Below, in pieces: positions 24,427 to 37,730 of a stretch of DNA of 64,000 nucleotides; the stretch's first letter is position 1; each line of letters begins with the position of its first letter. A program made the position numbers and the translations under genes. Under the pieces are notes generated by a model. The model was not told the DNA's origin and did no database searches. It saw only the letters and a list, made by a program, of their open reading frames with translations. The stretch is from positions 70,528,741-70,592,740 of the forward strand of contig NC_090394.1 in NCBI RefSeq assembly GCF_036365525.1. The letters run 5' to 3'. Source of the DNA: Heterodontus francisci. Lineage: Eukaryota.

Positions 24427-27400
24427 CCAGGTTCATGGCACCGTGGCTGGCTCTGCTGTTCAGAAGGGCGGGAAAAAGAGTGGAAGGGCTATAGTCATAG
24501 GGGATTCGATTGTAAGGGGAGTAGATAGGCGGTTCTGTGGTCGAAAACGAGACTCCCGAATGGTATGTTGCCTCCCAGGTGCACGGGTCAGGGATGTCTC
24601 AGATCGGCTGCAGAACATTCTGAAGGGGGAGGGTGAACAGCCAGTTGTCATTGTGCACATAGGCACCAATGATATAGGTAAAAAACGGGATGAGGTCCTA
24701 CAAGCAGAATTTAGGGAGTTATGAGCCAAGTTAAAAAGTAGGACCTCAGAGGTAGTAATCTCAGGATTGCTACCAGTACCACGTGATAGTCAGAGTAGAA
24801 ATGAAAGAATAGTCAGGATGAATGCGTGGCTTGAGAGATGGTGCAGGAGGGAGGGGTTCAGATTTTTGGGACATGGGGACCGGTTCTGGGGGAGGTGGGA
24901 CTATTTCAAATTGGACGGTCTACACCAGGGACGGACTGGAACAAATGTCCTTGGGGGTGCTTTTGCTAACGCTGTTGGGGAGGGTTTAAACTAATGTGGC
25001 AGGGGGATGGGAACCAAATGAGGTCAGTGGAGAGTAAGGATGTAGTAACGAAAGCCTGTAAGGAACTAGATAATGAAGTCAGCGTGACTAAGGGAAAGAG
25101 TAGGCAGGGAGCAGATGATGAAAGCAAAGGGACTGGTGGTCTGAGGTGTATTTGTTTTAATGCAAGAAGTGTAGTAGGTAAGGCAGATGAACTTAGGGCT
25201 TGGATTAGTGCCTGGGAGTATGATGTTATTGCTATTACTGAGACTTGGTTAAGGGAAGGGCATGATTGGCAACTAAATATCCCAGGATACCGATGCTTCA
25301 GGCGGGATAGAGAGGGAGGTAAAAGGGGTGGAGGAGTTGCATTACTGGTCAAAGAGGATATCACAGCTGTGCTGAAGGAAGGCAATATGGGCAGAACTCA
25401 GAAATAGGAAGGGTGCGGTAACAATGTTGGGGCTGTACTACAGGCCTCCCAACAGCGAGCGTGAGATAGAGGTACAAATATGTAAACAGATTATGGAAAG
25501 CTGTAGGAGCAACAGGGTGGTGGTGATAGGAGATTTTAATTTTCCCAACATTGACTGGGATTCACTTCATGTTAGAGGTCTAGATGGAGCAGAATTTGTA
25601 AGGAGCATCCAGGAGGGTTTTCTAGAGCAGTATGTAAATAGTCCAACTCGGGAAGGGGCCATACTGGACCTGGTGTTGGGAAATGAGCCGGGCCAGGTGG
25701 TTGACGTTTCAGTAGGGGACTACTTTGGGAATAGTGATCACAATTCCGTAAGTTTTAGAATACTCATGGACAAAGACGAGAGTGGTCCTAAAGGAAGAGT
25801 GCTAAATTGGGGGAAGGCCAACTATACCAAAATTCGGCAGGAGCTGGGGAATGTAGATTGGGAGCAGCTGTTTGAAGGTAAATCCACTTTTGATATGTGG
25901 GAGGCTTTTAAAGAGAGGTTGATTAGCGTGCAGGAGAGACATGTTCCTGTGAAAATGAGGGGTAGAAATGGCAAGATTAGGGAACCATGGATGACAGGTG
26001 AAATTGTGAGACTAGCTAAGAGGAAAAAGGAAGCACACATAAGGTTTAGGCGGCTGAAGAAAGACGAAGCTTTGAAAGAATATCGGGATTGTAGGCGCAA
26101 TCTGAAACGAGGAATTAAGAGGGCTAAAAGGGGTCATGAAATATCTTTAGCAAACAGGGTTAAGGAAAATCCCAAAGCCTTTTATTCATATATAAGGAGC
26201 AAGAGGGTAACTAGAGAAAGGATTGGCCCACTCAAGGACAAAGGAGGAAAGTTATGCGTGGAGTCAGAGAAAATGGGTGAGATTCTAAACGAGTACTTTG
26301 CATCGGTATTCACCGAGGAGAGGGACATGGCGGATGTTGAGGTTAGGGACAGATGTTTGATTACTCTAGGTCAAGTCGGCATAAGGAGGGAGGAAGTGTT
26401 GGGTATTCTAAAAGGCATTAAGGTGGACAAGTCCCCAGGTCCGGATGGGATCTATCCCAGGTTACTGAGGGAAACGAGAGAGGAAATAGCTGGGGCCTTA
26501 ACAGATATCTTTGCAACATCCTTAAACACAGGTGAGGTCCTGGAGGACTGGAGAATTGCTAATGTTGTCCCCTTGCTTAAGAAGGGTAGCAGGGAAAATC
26601 CAGGTAATTATAGACCGGTGAGCCTGACGTCAGTGGTAGGGAAGCTGCTGGAGAAGATACTGAGGGATAGGATCTATTCCCATCTGGAAGAAAATGGGCT
26701 TATCAGTGATAGGCAACATGGTTTTGTGCAGGGAAGGTCATGTCTTACCAACTTAATAGAATTCTTTGAGGAAGTGACAAAGTTGATTGATGAGGGAAGG
26801 GCTGTAGATGTCATATACATGGACTTCAGTAAGGAGTTTGATAAGGTTCCCCATGGTAGGCTGATGGAGAAAGTGAAGGCGCATGGGGTCCAAGGTGTAC
26901 TAGCTAGATGGATAAAGAACTGGCTGGGCAACAGGAGACAGAGAGTAGCAGTGGAAGGGAGTTTCTCAAAATGGAGCGTGTGACCAGTGGTGTTCCACAG
27001 GGATCCGTGCTGGGACCACTGTTGTTTGTGATATACATAAATGATTTGGAGGAAAGTATAGGTGGTCTGATTAGCAAGTTTGCAGACGACACTAAGATTG
27101 GTGGAGTAGCAGATAGTGAAGGGGACTGTCAGAGAATACAGCAGAATATAGATAGATTGGAGAGTTGGGCAGAGAAATGGCAGATGGAGTTCAATCAGGG
27201 CAAATGCGAGGTGATGCATTTTGGAAGATCCAATTCAAGAGTGAACTATACAGTAAATGGAAAAGTCCTGGGGAAAATTGATGTACAGAGAGATTTGGGT
27301 GTTCAGGTCCATTGTTCCCTGAAGGTGGCAACGCAGGTCAATAGAGTGGTCAAGAAGGCATACGGCATGCTTTCCTTCATCGGACGGGGTATTGAGTACA

Positions 27401-27999
27401 AGAGTTGGCAGGTCATGTTACAGTTGTATAGGACTTTGGTTCGGCCACATTTGGAATACTGCGTGCAGTTCTGGTCGCCACATTACCAAAAGGATGTGGA
27501 TGCTTTGGAGAGGGTGCAGAGGAGGTTCACCAGGATGTTGCCTGGTATGGAGGGCGCTAGCTATGAAGAGAGGTTGAGTAGATTAGGATTATTTTCATTA
27601 GAAAGACGGAGGTTGAGGGGGGACCTGATTGAGGTGTACAAAATCATGAGAGGTATAGACAGGGTGGATAGCAAGAAGCTTTTTCCCAGAGTGGGGGATT
27701 CAATTACAAGGGGACACGAGTTCAAAGTGAAAGGGGAAAAGTTTAGGGGGGATATGCGTGGAAAGTTCTTTACGCAGAGGGTGGTGGGTGCATGGAACGC
27801 ATTACCAGCGGAGGTGGTAGACGCGGGCACGATAGCGTCTTTTAAGATGTATCTAGACAGATACATGAATGGGCAGGAAGTAAAGAGATACAGACCCTTA
27901 GAAAATAGGCGACAGGTTTAGATAGAGGATTTGGATCGGCGCAGGCTTGGAGGGCCGAAGGGCCTGTTCCTGTGCTGTAATTTTCTTTGTTCTTTGTTC
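24427..27999 (+). mobile_element. Young 5'-truncated CR1 LINE (HER1-like); candidate TSD CTCCTT
   Basis: ORF1 esterase (IGDS, HIGTND, DGLH) with premature TGA at 24722-24724; ORF2 APE+RT broken near 25390 and 26975; tail GGGCCGAAGGGCCTGTTCCTGTGCTGTA + (TTTGTTC)n; CTCCTT at 24421-24426 and 28000-28005. Confidence 0.95.
24994..27921 (+). pseudogene. Disrupted LINE ORF2 (APE endonuclease + reverse transcriptase)
   Basis: ORFs 24994-25407, 25424-26983 and 26908-27921 together are collinear with the intact 57201-60011 ORF. Confidence 0.9.
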
Positions 28000-28839
28000 C
28001 TCCTTTCCTGCTTCTTCCATCATCCCCCCAAAAAGTTCGGCAAATACTTTTTCATGAAGACAGAGCTGCTTTAAGGCGGTCTTCCTGCAGTCTTCCCTTT
28101 AGGAATCGTGCGTGCCTTGGAGAACGCAGCTGTGATTATTTGTACATAAACAGCTCCTGGTTTCCATGGGGTTATTACAGCTGTTGTTCATTGGAATAGT
28201 GGATGTTTAAAACATCCTATCATGAACTCCAAAGCAGAGCAGATTGTAAAAAATAAAATGACATCCATCTCCATAACCTGCCAAAATATAGCCAATCTTT
28301 TAGTCTTTAGATTTTAAATATGATGCAGGAATTCGATAAATAGAATTCTCTCACTGGGGCAATGATAAACCATAATCTATTGTTGTTGATCATTGTGCGG
28401 AAAGGTAGCTGGAATCACCGATTTAAATTTAAAAGATCTGGTGGCAAAATTCAGAGTCCAAGATAGCACCACAATAACCAGTTCCAATTCTTTGGTGCCT
28501 GTTCATATTTTTGTTTGATTTATAGGACTACACCTAATCTCAGACCGAGAGGTAATTTACCCCGATTGTGGGCAGGTAACAACACACTCCACTGGAGATT
28601 ATCTGGGTGTCATAGCGTGCATGGTTGAGCAAATTATACATGCTCTGTGGAAGGAATGGATTTGATGGCTGCATAGCCTTTTCTTTTCTTGTGCTTCCTT
28701 CTCTTTTTTTTTTCCTTCTGTGTTCCCTGGCCTGAACAGCAAAGAAGCCGTTTGAACTGTGAAAGCAACAACTTCCTTTCTCCAAACCTGTACAGGGGAT
28801 GTGATTGATCGCCTTAAATACCCTCAAAGAATTGAATAA

Positions 28840-29085
28840 TTCCACAGTACTATTTCGAAGGAGAGCTGGGGACTTCTCCCTGGTGTCCTGGTCAATATTT
28901 ATCCCGCAACCAACATCAGTAAAACAGAAAGTTTGGTCATTATTTTATTATTGATTGTGTGACATTGCTGTGTGCAAATTGGCTGCCATGTTCCTACATT
29001 ACAACAGTGACAACACTTCAATAGTACTTCATTGGTTGTAAATCGCTTTGGGAAGGTCGGGAAAGGCTCTCTATAAATGTAAGTT
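28840..29085 (+). mobile_element. Deu-SINE 3' half
   Basis: CTATTTCGAAGGAGAGCTGGGG...CAAATTGGCTGCC...TATAAATG. Confidence 0.7.
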
Positions 29086-29844
29086 AGTTTGTTCGTTAGT
29101 TCTTTCTTCGATTTTAAAATTTTGTCTGCTTTCTGCTTTATAAAACTACACTGGCATCAAAGAAACCAAGCTCAAGCTAGTTAAAACGAAGAATTCAAAA
29201 GGCAAGCAGAGGATATAATTGCTAACAAATCCAATAAACTATAAACTCTCTGGAAAGGATGCAGTTATTATTCATCTAATGTGCTTGGCAGAGTTATTTT
29301 TATTTAAGGGTTGCAAGCAGAAGTAACACTTCAAATGATACAGGAGAAACACTAAGAGAAGGCAAGCTACCTGTTGGAATACAGGGTTAGTGGTTGATTC
29401 GACAAGTAAAATCGGACACACTACAAACAAGATGGCCACAGTTGGTTAATGCAACTGCTGGTCCTGGATTAACTGCTCTGGGTCTTGGTATATGCAGTGG
29501 CAAACTGCAGCTGTATTAAAGCATCAGAGAGCTTTCAGAAACTCTTCTGAAGAGTCAAGTTTGCCAGAAAACACTCGCTTTTCCGCCACCATAAACATCG
29601 GCAATGCCAAAAGCAAAAGACAACAGCAGCCAACAGGACCAGTATGTTTGGCCTCTGCTTTTGCCCTTCTGTTCATGAATCCATAAACACGCAGGTTTAA
29701 ACCAACAGGACAAAGAAAACCACGAAAGTGCAGAGCTGGTTTCAAAAGCTGGATAAAACTGGATTAGGGAGAGTCCTTTTGCATGTACTTGTCCCAGATT
29801 TCCATTTGTGGTCAATAAACAAGGACACAGCACAGAAATGTACT

Positions 29845-30150
29845 GGGGAATAGAGAGAAGGGATGAGAGTGAGGGAGGGGAGAGAGAGAGGGGGAGAAAG
29901 AGAGGGGTGAGGGGGAGAGAGAGAGAGAAAGGGAGAGTGAGAAGGAGGGAGAGGGGACGGAAAGAGAAGGGAAGAGTAAGAGTGAGGGAAAGAGAGGGGT
30001 GAAGGGGGTTGTGGAGGAAAGAGAGAGCGGGAAGAGAGAGGGGAGAAAAGGGAGAGAGAGGGATATAGAGAGATGGGGAGAGAGAGGGAGGAAAGAGAGA
30101 GGAGAAAGAGGGAGGTGGAGTAAGGAGAAATAAAGAGGGGGAGGAGGAGA
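29845..30150 (+). repeat. GA-rich polypurine low-complexity tract
   Basis: About 300 nt almost entirely G/A. Confidence 0.9.
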
Positions 30151-30199
30151 GCTGATGCTGCTGTGTATGAAAATTGAAACTGTGAATGTTAATTTATTC

Positions 30200-30520
30200 T
30201 GGTACACAATACCAGAACTGAGAGGGCACAACTATCAGGAAAGATTGAACAGGCTGGGGCTCTTTGGGAAAGAGAATGAGAGGCCTTTAAAACCATGAAG
30301 TGTGAGAATGAGAAACTTAACGCTCATATGGCGTGATGCAGGCGAATAGTATAGATGCATTTCAGGGAAAGCTAGATAAACGCATGAGGAAGAACAGAAT
30401 GGGATATTTTGATGGGTTTAGATGTTCGATGAAGAAGGATGGGAGGAGGCTCAAGTGCAACATAAACTACAGCACAGATCTTTTGGACTGAATGGCCTGT
30501 TTCTGTGCAGTTAATTCTAT
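30200..30520 (+). mobile_element. CR1 3' fragment
   Basis: ATACCAGAACTGAGAGG...GGAAAGATTGAACAGGCTGG...GAATGGCCTGTTTCTGTGC. Confidence 0.6.
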
Positions 30521-30999
30521 GTAAATTCAGTGTCCACTATTTCTGGTTACTGGTTAACCCAGCAATGCTGCTGTTGTGATGATAACCATGAAGTATCACC
30601 TCCCGCTCAGTTAGGTTGTTACTGGGTGAATTCACACACCGGGAATGCTTGATAGAAATTAATAGCATCTCCCCAACAGTATTTGGAGTTTATTAGATTC
30701 AGTAGTAATGAAATCATCCTCTGTCTGGAGTCTGAGGATGGATCTGGATCCAATTTTATTTTCATGTGGGAGGTATACAGGGCCTCTTTAGGGAAGCAGT
30801 GACTACCTCACCTTCATGAGGAAGGGCAGGCAAGTTGAAAATCTTTCATCTGGAGTGTCAGATAAAAAGAAAGTTATTTTACTATAACTGTCTTGTGCTA
30901 AAGGGATAGCTGCCTTCTCGGAGTCGCAGATTAAAGGAGTTTAAGTGTCAAGTTTTCAGATTCCACCAATTTACTAACAATTGGGTAGAACTGTACAAT

Positions 31000-31275
31000 A
31001 GGGTGTGCAGAGTTTGCAAGTTCTCCCTGTGACCGTGTGGGTTTTCGCCGGGTGCTCCGGTTTCCTCCCACAGCAGGTTGATAGATAAATTGGCCATTGT
31101 AAATTGCCCCTAGTGTAGGTAGGTGGTAGGGGAATTGAGGGGATGTGGTAGGAATATGGGATTAATGTAGGACTCGTATAAATGGGTGGTTGATGGTCGG
31201 CACAGACTCGGTGGGCCGAAGGGCCTGTTTCAGTGCTGTATCTCTAAATAAATAAAAAAATAAATAAATAAATAC
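31000..31275 (+). mobile_element. HE1 V-SINE lacking its head
   Basis: V-domain, tail and (TAAA)n. Confidence 0.85.
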
Positions 31276-31279
31276 ATAA

Positions 31280-31640
31280 AAACAACAAGTTGCATTTATA
31301 TAGCATCATTAACATAATAAAAATCTCTCAAGGTGCTTCACAAGAGTGATTATCAAACAAAAATTTGACACCAAGCCACATAAGATGTTTGGACAGGTGA
31401 CCAAAAGCTTGGTCAAAGAAGTAGGTTTTAAGGCAGGTCTTAAAAGAGGAAAGAGAGGCAGAGAGGTTTAGGGAATTCCAGAGCTTAGGGCTGAGCCGGT
31501 TGAGGGCTCGTCCGCTAATGGTAAAACTTAAGATGCTCAATAGGCCAGATTTGGAGGAGTGCAGTGATCACATTGGGTTGTAGGGTTGGAGGGGGTTACC
31601 GACGTAGGATGGGCTGAGGCCATGGAGTGATTTTAAGCCA
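31280..31640 (-). mobile_element. L2 3' fragment
   Basis: Minus ORF SGRALNRLSPKLWNSL...SSFKTCLKTYFFDQAF. Confidence 0.75.
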
Positions 31641-31779
31641 GAACGTCCGATTTCTACTGCCTGAAAATGAGAGTATAAAAAAATCCTGCTGAAATTTGCT
31701 GTGAGCAAATGCGGCTTTCTTGGGTTTAAAAAGTGCATGGTCAGAAAATTTGAGTTGAATTTAGCAAAGTACAGAAAGA

Positions 31780-32210
31780 TACTGCATCTATGTAGCACTT
31801 TTCACAACTGCAGGATGTCCCAAAGTGCTTTACAGCCAATGATGCAACTTTGAGGTCCAGTTGCTGTGGTAATATGTGGCAGCAAAGTGAGCAATGTGAT
31901 AATGACCAGATGGTCTGGGTTCCTTAGTGATCTTTGTGGAGGGATAAATATTGGCCAAGACATCAGGGAGAACTCCCTTGGTCTTCTTTGAAGTAATGCC
32001 GTGGGATTATTCACATTTACCTGAGAGGACAGATTGGACCTCAGTTTAACATCTCATTTAGAAAATTGTACCTCCAACAGTGCAGCACGCCATTCGTGCT
32101 GTATTTGAGTGTTAGCCTAGATTGTGTCCTCATATATCTGGATTGGGACTTAAACCTAGGAGCTTGTGATTTAGAGGTGAGAGTTCTACCACTGAGCCAT
32201 GGTCAACACG
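31780..32210 (-). mobile_element. Deu-SINE
   Basis: Homologous to the 10440 copy. Confidence 0.75.
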
Positions 32211-33074
32211 GTTTGATAGATATGCCAGCAAGAGGAAAATAATGAAGGTTTAGGAATCTACATGAGTCTATTGTTCTAGTCCAGTGGACGAGGTCTTGCA
32301 ATATATCTCTGATTTGAGAACATACAAAATTAACAGGCAGGAAATGACCAGCTGCTCCATTAATCCTGCCCCACGCACCATGGTGGTCAAGTTATCATGA
32401 CTAAATACATCTCCCCCCACCCCCCCCCCCCACCCCCCTCCGCAACCATGTCCCACATCCCATGTCCTCACCCAGTCATTTAATATCCTGGGAGTGGCAA
32501 AATGTAAGAGATTCGTTATGGATGCTTCTGCTGCTTAGCTCTGACAATACTTAAAGTGCTAAACCAGTCTGATATCCTTTCTTGTGCCCATTATGTGATA
32601 ATATTTCTACCAGCATTAACTGTCCATGCATAAGAAAGTCTTTTATCATCGGCACAGGCAAATCGCTTTCATATTAAAGTGTATCTCCCCTAAAATTCCT
32701 GATATTTTTCCCTAATATATCATGGATAGAATACTCCTTTTATCATGGGATATGGGGTAGGAGTTTGATGTTGGAGCGGAGACGCTGCAATTCTAACGGA
32801 AAGGGAGGGGAAATATTGGGGAACAGAAATTTGAATGGAAAGTATTTCCTCAGTTAGGTTAAGTGAAAAGGAAAAATGGTTTGAACAAAATCTCCTACTC
32901 GCAGGAGATATTGAAAATGTATGTCTTTATCAAAACCCATCATTCTGGGATTCTAGACTCTGTGGTGAGTTGTCACCAGTTAATTCCAGCCCCTATAGAA
33001 CTGAACAGCTCTGCACAAAATAATTCAGGTCAACATTCTTCTATGCCCTTTTAAAAACAAATATTCATTCTTGG

Positions 33075-33460
33075 CATGTACAGCCATTTAGGTACTTTTG
33101 CAATGTAGTCACTGTTGCAGGAAACTCGGCAACCAATTTGCACACAGCAAGTTCTCACCAACCACGACATGATAATGACCAGACAATTTGTTTTAATGAT
33201 GTTGATTGAGGGATACGTATTGTTCAGGACACCTGGGAAAACTTGCCTGCTCTTCTTCAAAATAGTGCCATTGGATATTTTTACATCCAGCTAAGTGGGC
33301 AGACAGGCCTCAGTTTAGCATCTCATCCAAAAGACTGCACAGCCTCAATACTGCACTAGTGTGCCAATCTAGATTTTTGCACTCAAATAGTAGAGCAGGA
33401 CTTTAACCCATGACTTTCCTGATTTAGGTGCGAGAGTGCTACCCACTGAGCCACAGCTAA
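33075..33460 (-). mobile_element. Deu-SINE
   Basis: Homologous to the 10440 copy. Confidence 0.75.
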
Positions 33461-33469
33461 CACATGTTT

Positions 33470-33710
33470 GAGGTACATGGCAAAAGAACTGGGTGAGAAA
33501 TGAAGAGTTTCTTTTTCAGAGTGAGTTGCTATGATCTTGATCTTGAAAATAGTAATTTTCCAAAGGGAATTGGATATACTTGAAAAGAAAAGGAATTGCA
33601 TGCCTGTGGTGAAAGATCAGGGGAAATGGAACCATTTGGATAGCTTTTTCAAAGAGCCAGCCCAAGCACGATGAATTGAATGGCCTCCTTCTGTGCTGTG
33701 TGATTCTATC
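33470..33710 (+). mobile_element. CR1 3' fragment
   Basis: Ends GAATGGCCTCCTTCTGTGCTG..TGATTCTAT. Confidence 0.6.
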
Positions 33711-34064
33711 TTTGCACAAATAGAGATCAAAATGAAAGTTGCGCCCAAATATTAAAATAAAGTCTTCCTTTAATGTAATCCTTCCCTAAGTGTTGCTTTG
33801 TGGGGAGGAAGAGAACCACTCCAGCCTGATCAGACATGATAAGTTCAACCAAGAAACTGGCCCTACTCACAGGCAGAAGAGGCCACTTCTTCCAACTAAG
33901 CTTGTTCTTTTGACCTGCAAAGTCCCTTCCCCTTCCATAGTTCCAGTGGCCATTGTTCAGAAACTTTGAGACAAATTGTTAACCATTAACCAGCACAAAC
34001 TAGGGGACCAAACCTGGGACATTGCTGGAACAAGTTATCCTATAACATTGTGACCTGGCTTTAG

Positions 34065-34222
34065 TTTTTTTTTAGTTTTTAGAGATACAGCACTGAAACA
34101 GGCCCTTCGGCCCACCGAGTCTGTGCCGACCAACAACCACCCATTTATACTAACCCTACAGTAATCCCATGTTCCCTATCACCTCCCTACACTAGGGGCA
34201 ATTTACAATGGTCAATTTACCT
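34065..34222 (-). mobile_element. HE1 SINE 3' part, next to a Deu-SINE tail (34255-34360)
   Basis: AGAGATACAGCACTGAAACAGGCCCTTCGGCCCACCGAG. Confidence 0.8.
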
Positions 34223-36014
34223 TTGTTGCCTTGTGTGATGGACTGTTCCGAATACTTTCAACATTACAACAGTGACCACACTTCAAAAGTACTTTATTGG
34301 CGGTAAAGCACTTTGGGTTGTCCAATGGTCATGAAAGGTGCTATAGCAATGCAAGGCTTTTTTTTGTAGAAAGGGGCACCTAAAGCAAAAGGGGTATGTA
34401 GTGTTTGGCCAGGGTTGTCCTCAGCCCTGAAATGTCCTTACGGAGAAATAATTTCAACAAGAAGTTATGGGGCTGGATTTCTTTCGTTGCATTGCATTAC
34501 GTTGGTTGTACTAGATAAAGCCCAGTTCTATAGTGCCGTAATCAGATACTAGAGTCTGTTCAAAATAGAGATGATTGCAATGGTAGTGGTTTACTCAATT
34601 CTGTCAGATGGAGTTGATTCAACAGGCACCACAACGACACCACCTTGCATTTGTATAGCACCTTCAACATAGTAAAACATCTCAAGGCAATTCACAGGAG
34701 TGATTATCAAACAAATTTGACACCGAGCAACATAAAAATTTATTCGTACAGATCTGACAATCACTAGTTGTAACCATAGAAATGTCAATGCTTGGGGGGG
34801 CCATTTGACCCATTGTTCCAGCACTGCTGCTAACCCCCCGCCCCTTTACGAGGCTCAATTCCATTTCTCTGCTCATTGCCCTGCTCTGCAATAGTTTTCT
34901 TCAAATGTTTTGCATGTCAGACTGCTGTGAATGAATTGTTTGCTGAACCAGTCTCCCTGACAGGACAGCAATCGATCTTTAAAGCAAGTTTGCTAGGAAT
35001 AAAGCTGAACTGCGATAAGATTTAAAAAAAAAATCCAAAATGCCTATTTTAGAAGCATCCAAATAGCAGCACTAAACTGTTAAGCTGTTTGGCTTGACAT
35101 ACACATGAAACAGAAGCCATCTGCAATATCATTTATATGGTTAAAAACTGGCAACACAAAAATATGCTGGCTACAAAATCATTCTTAAAGGTCATTCCCA
35201 TACAGTCAGCTCTTTTTTGCTTTTAAAAAAGACAAAAACATGGTACTATAAATCAGATCCGCTCCATTAACTTCTCATCATTTTCTTCTTCATAAATATA
35301 CAAATGAGCTGATATAAATTCCATCAAAAGACATAATGGAAGATACTAGAAATACACAGCAGGTCAGTCAGCGTCTGTAAGGAGAAAGCAAACCAGGTTT
35401 ATGCTTCAGGTGTGTCATTGGAATGGAAATAGGCCATTTAGCTGCTTAAGTCTGCTCGCTAGTAAATACGATCTTGGCTGTTCTGTATCCCAACTCCATA
35501 CACCAACCTTGGTTCCATATCCCTTACAACCCTTGGCTAGCAAAAATCTATAAAATTATTAATTGAGCTCCTTCTGTTCTCTGTCCTGGAGAGAGTTCTA
35601 CCACCCTTTATGTGAAGAAGTGTTTCCTAACTTCTCTCCTGAATGGTTTGGCTCTGACCTTAAAGTTATGTCACCTTGTTCTAGACTCCAACACCAGGGG
35701 AAATAATTTCTCTATCTATCTACCTATTATTGGTTTTCAAAATCCTAAAAACCTCATGAGAACTGATGAGACAAAGAATGAAATGGAACAAGAACCAGGA
35801 GAGTTGGGGAATAGACTGAGCCAGTGCTGTACAAGACAGAGACCAAAAGTTTGCATGTGTTGGCAAATGGTAGCGAATGGGGAATTATATGAAGTATTGA
35901 GTATCGTGAAGGGATGGGTAGATTGAAAGGAGGAAAGGTGAAATTAAGACCGAATCTGCGTGGTGAGTTGGAGCTGGAGGTAGGTGTTGAGAAAGGAGCA
36001 ATGAAGAAGAAAGA

Positions 36015-36375
36015 CTATCATTTATATCGTGCTTTTGATGACCACTGGACATCTCGGAGTTTTTTACAGCCAATTAAATACTTTTTGAAGCGTGGTCACT
36101 GCTGTAGTACAGGAAACACGGCAGCCAATTTGCACACAGAAAACTCCCACAAACAGCAATGTGATAAGGACCAGATAATCTGGTCTTGTGATGTTAATTG
36201 AGGGATAGATATTGGCCAAGACACTGAGGATAACTCCACTGCTCTTCAAAATATTACCATAGGATCTTTTACGCCCAATGGAGAGGATAGATGGGCCCCA
36301 GTTTAACATCTCAGCCGATGGTGCAGCACTCCCTCAGTACTGCAGTGGAGTGTCAGCCTAGATTTTTGTGCTCAA
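36015..36375 (-). mobile_element. Deu-SINE lacking head
   Basis: Homologous to the 10440 copy. Confidence 0.7.
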
Positions 36376-36691
36376 ATGGGTGTAATAGCAAAACTTAACA
36401 CATACAGAATCACAGACCGGAAAGGAAAACGATAAGAATAAAGGCAAACAAAATGAAAGAGACAATGGAAATCATGATGAAAAAAAGAACAGAACTTTTT
36501 CAAGGCTGTTAATCCTGGAGCAGAATCAGCAGCAAATCAGCAGTGAACATCCAGGAGTGGGACTTCTAAAGTTTTTGTTTTTTTTTAAACCAAGAAAATG
36601 CATTTTTGATTAAAATAATCCACATACAGCTATTCTAACCTTATTTATGAAGGAAGTGCTGCTTTAAGGATGGTTCAGAAGGATTCAGAAG

Positions 36692-37135
36692 ATGTCAGCC
36701 TTGGCTTATTGGGTAGCATTCCTTCCTCTGAGTCAGAAGACAGTGCGTTCACAGTCCCACTCCAGAGACTTGAGGACATAATCCGGGCTGACCCTCCAGT
36801 GTACCACTTTGGGCTGTAATGCCATAGGTGCCCGACTTCAGATGAAATCTTAAGGTAGAGCTGCTTGTCTGTTCCAGTGGTTCTGATGGGCATTGAAGAT
36901 TCTGTGGCACTATTTGTAGAACAGCAGGGAGCTCTCCTTGAGTCGTGGCCAGCATCTCCCTCTACCAATACCACCATAAACTGTTTTTTTCATTTCATTG
37001 TTTGTGGGACTTTGCTGTCTGCAAAATGGCTGCAGCATTTATCCCAACAGTAACTCTCAACATAATTAATTCTACACAAAACACTTTGGGACATTTCTGA
37101 GAAACATGGTAAGGTGCTCTATCAATGAAAGTTCT
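36692..37135 (+). mobile_element. Deu-SINE, diverged full length
   Basis: Head GTCAGCCTTGGCTTATTGGGTAGCA...CTGAGTCAGAAG. Confidence 0.7.
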
Positions 37136-37429
37136 TCCCTTAAAATCGAACAATAACCAACACTCATTGCAGTCTACCTTGTATCCAGTATGTCAATTTG
37201 ATTTTGCCTAATTATGCTCAGGTAGCAGGATACGATTGCTGATTGTTCAATACCAGGTATCAGGTGCTTGGCTTTAACCTGTCCGGTTATAAATCTGTTT
37301 TAATTGTTGTGCAAGTTGTTTTTAAGATCGAGGAAGTCAGACCAAATTTTACTGAGGATTTCTTTGTTGTTGCTTCTGATAATTATTTCCTTTCCCTCCC
37401 TCTTCCCAGATGTTTAATTCAAAAATTAT

Positions 37430-37730
37430 AGAATCATAGAATGATGCAGCACAGAAAGAGGCCATTCAGCCCATTGTGCCTGTGCCAGCTCTTTGAAAGA
37501 GCTATCCAATTAACCCCACTCCCCTGCTCTTTCCCCAAATCTCGTTTTTTTTCTCGTTCAAGTCTGTAGCCAATTCTCTTTTGAATTTTACAGCTGAATC
37601 TGCTTCTACCACCCTTACAGGCAGTGTGTTGCAGATCACAACAACTCACTGTAAAAAGAAATGTTTCCTCATGTTGCCTCTGGTTCTTTTGCCAATGACC
37701 TTAAATCTGCGTCCTATGGTTACTGATCCT
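37430..37730 (-). mobile_element. CR1 3' fragment
   Basis: ATAGAATCATAGAATGATGCAGCACAGAAAGAGGCCATTCAGCCC. Confidence 0.7.

Noticed and set aside
28155-28175. RFX X-box (GTTTCCATGG) for a ciliary gene
   Set aside because: Second half-site does not match; expected by chance in 64 kb.
29808-30231. Arg/Glu-rich and Leu/Ser/Pro-rich ORFs
   Set aside because: Translation artefacts of the GA-rich tract.
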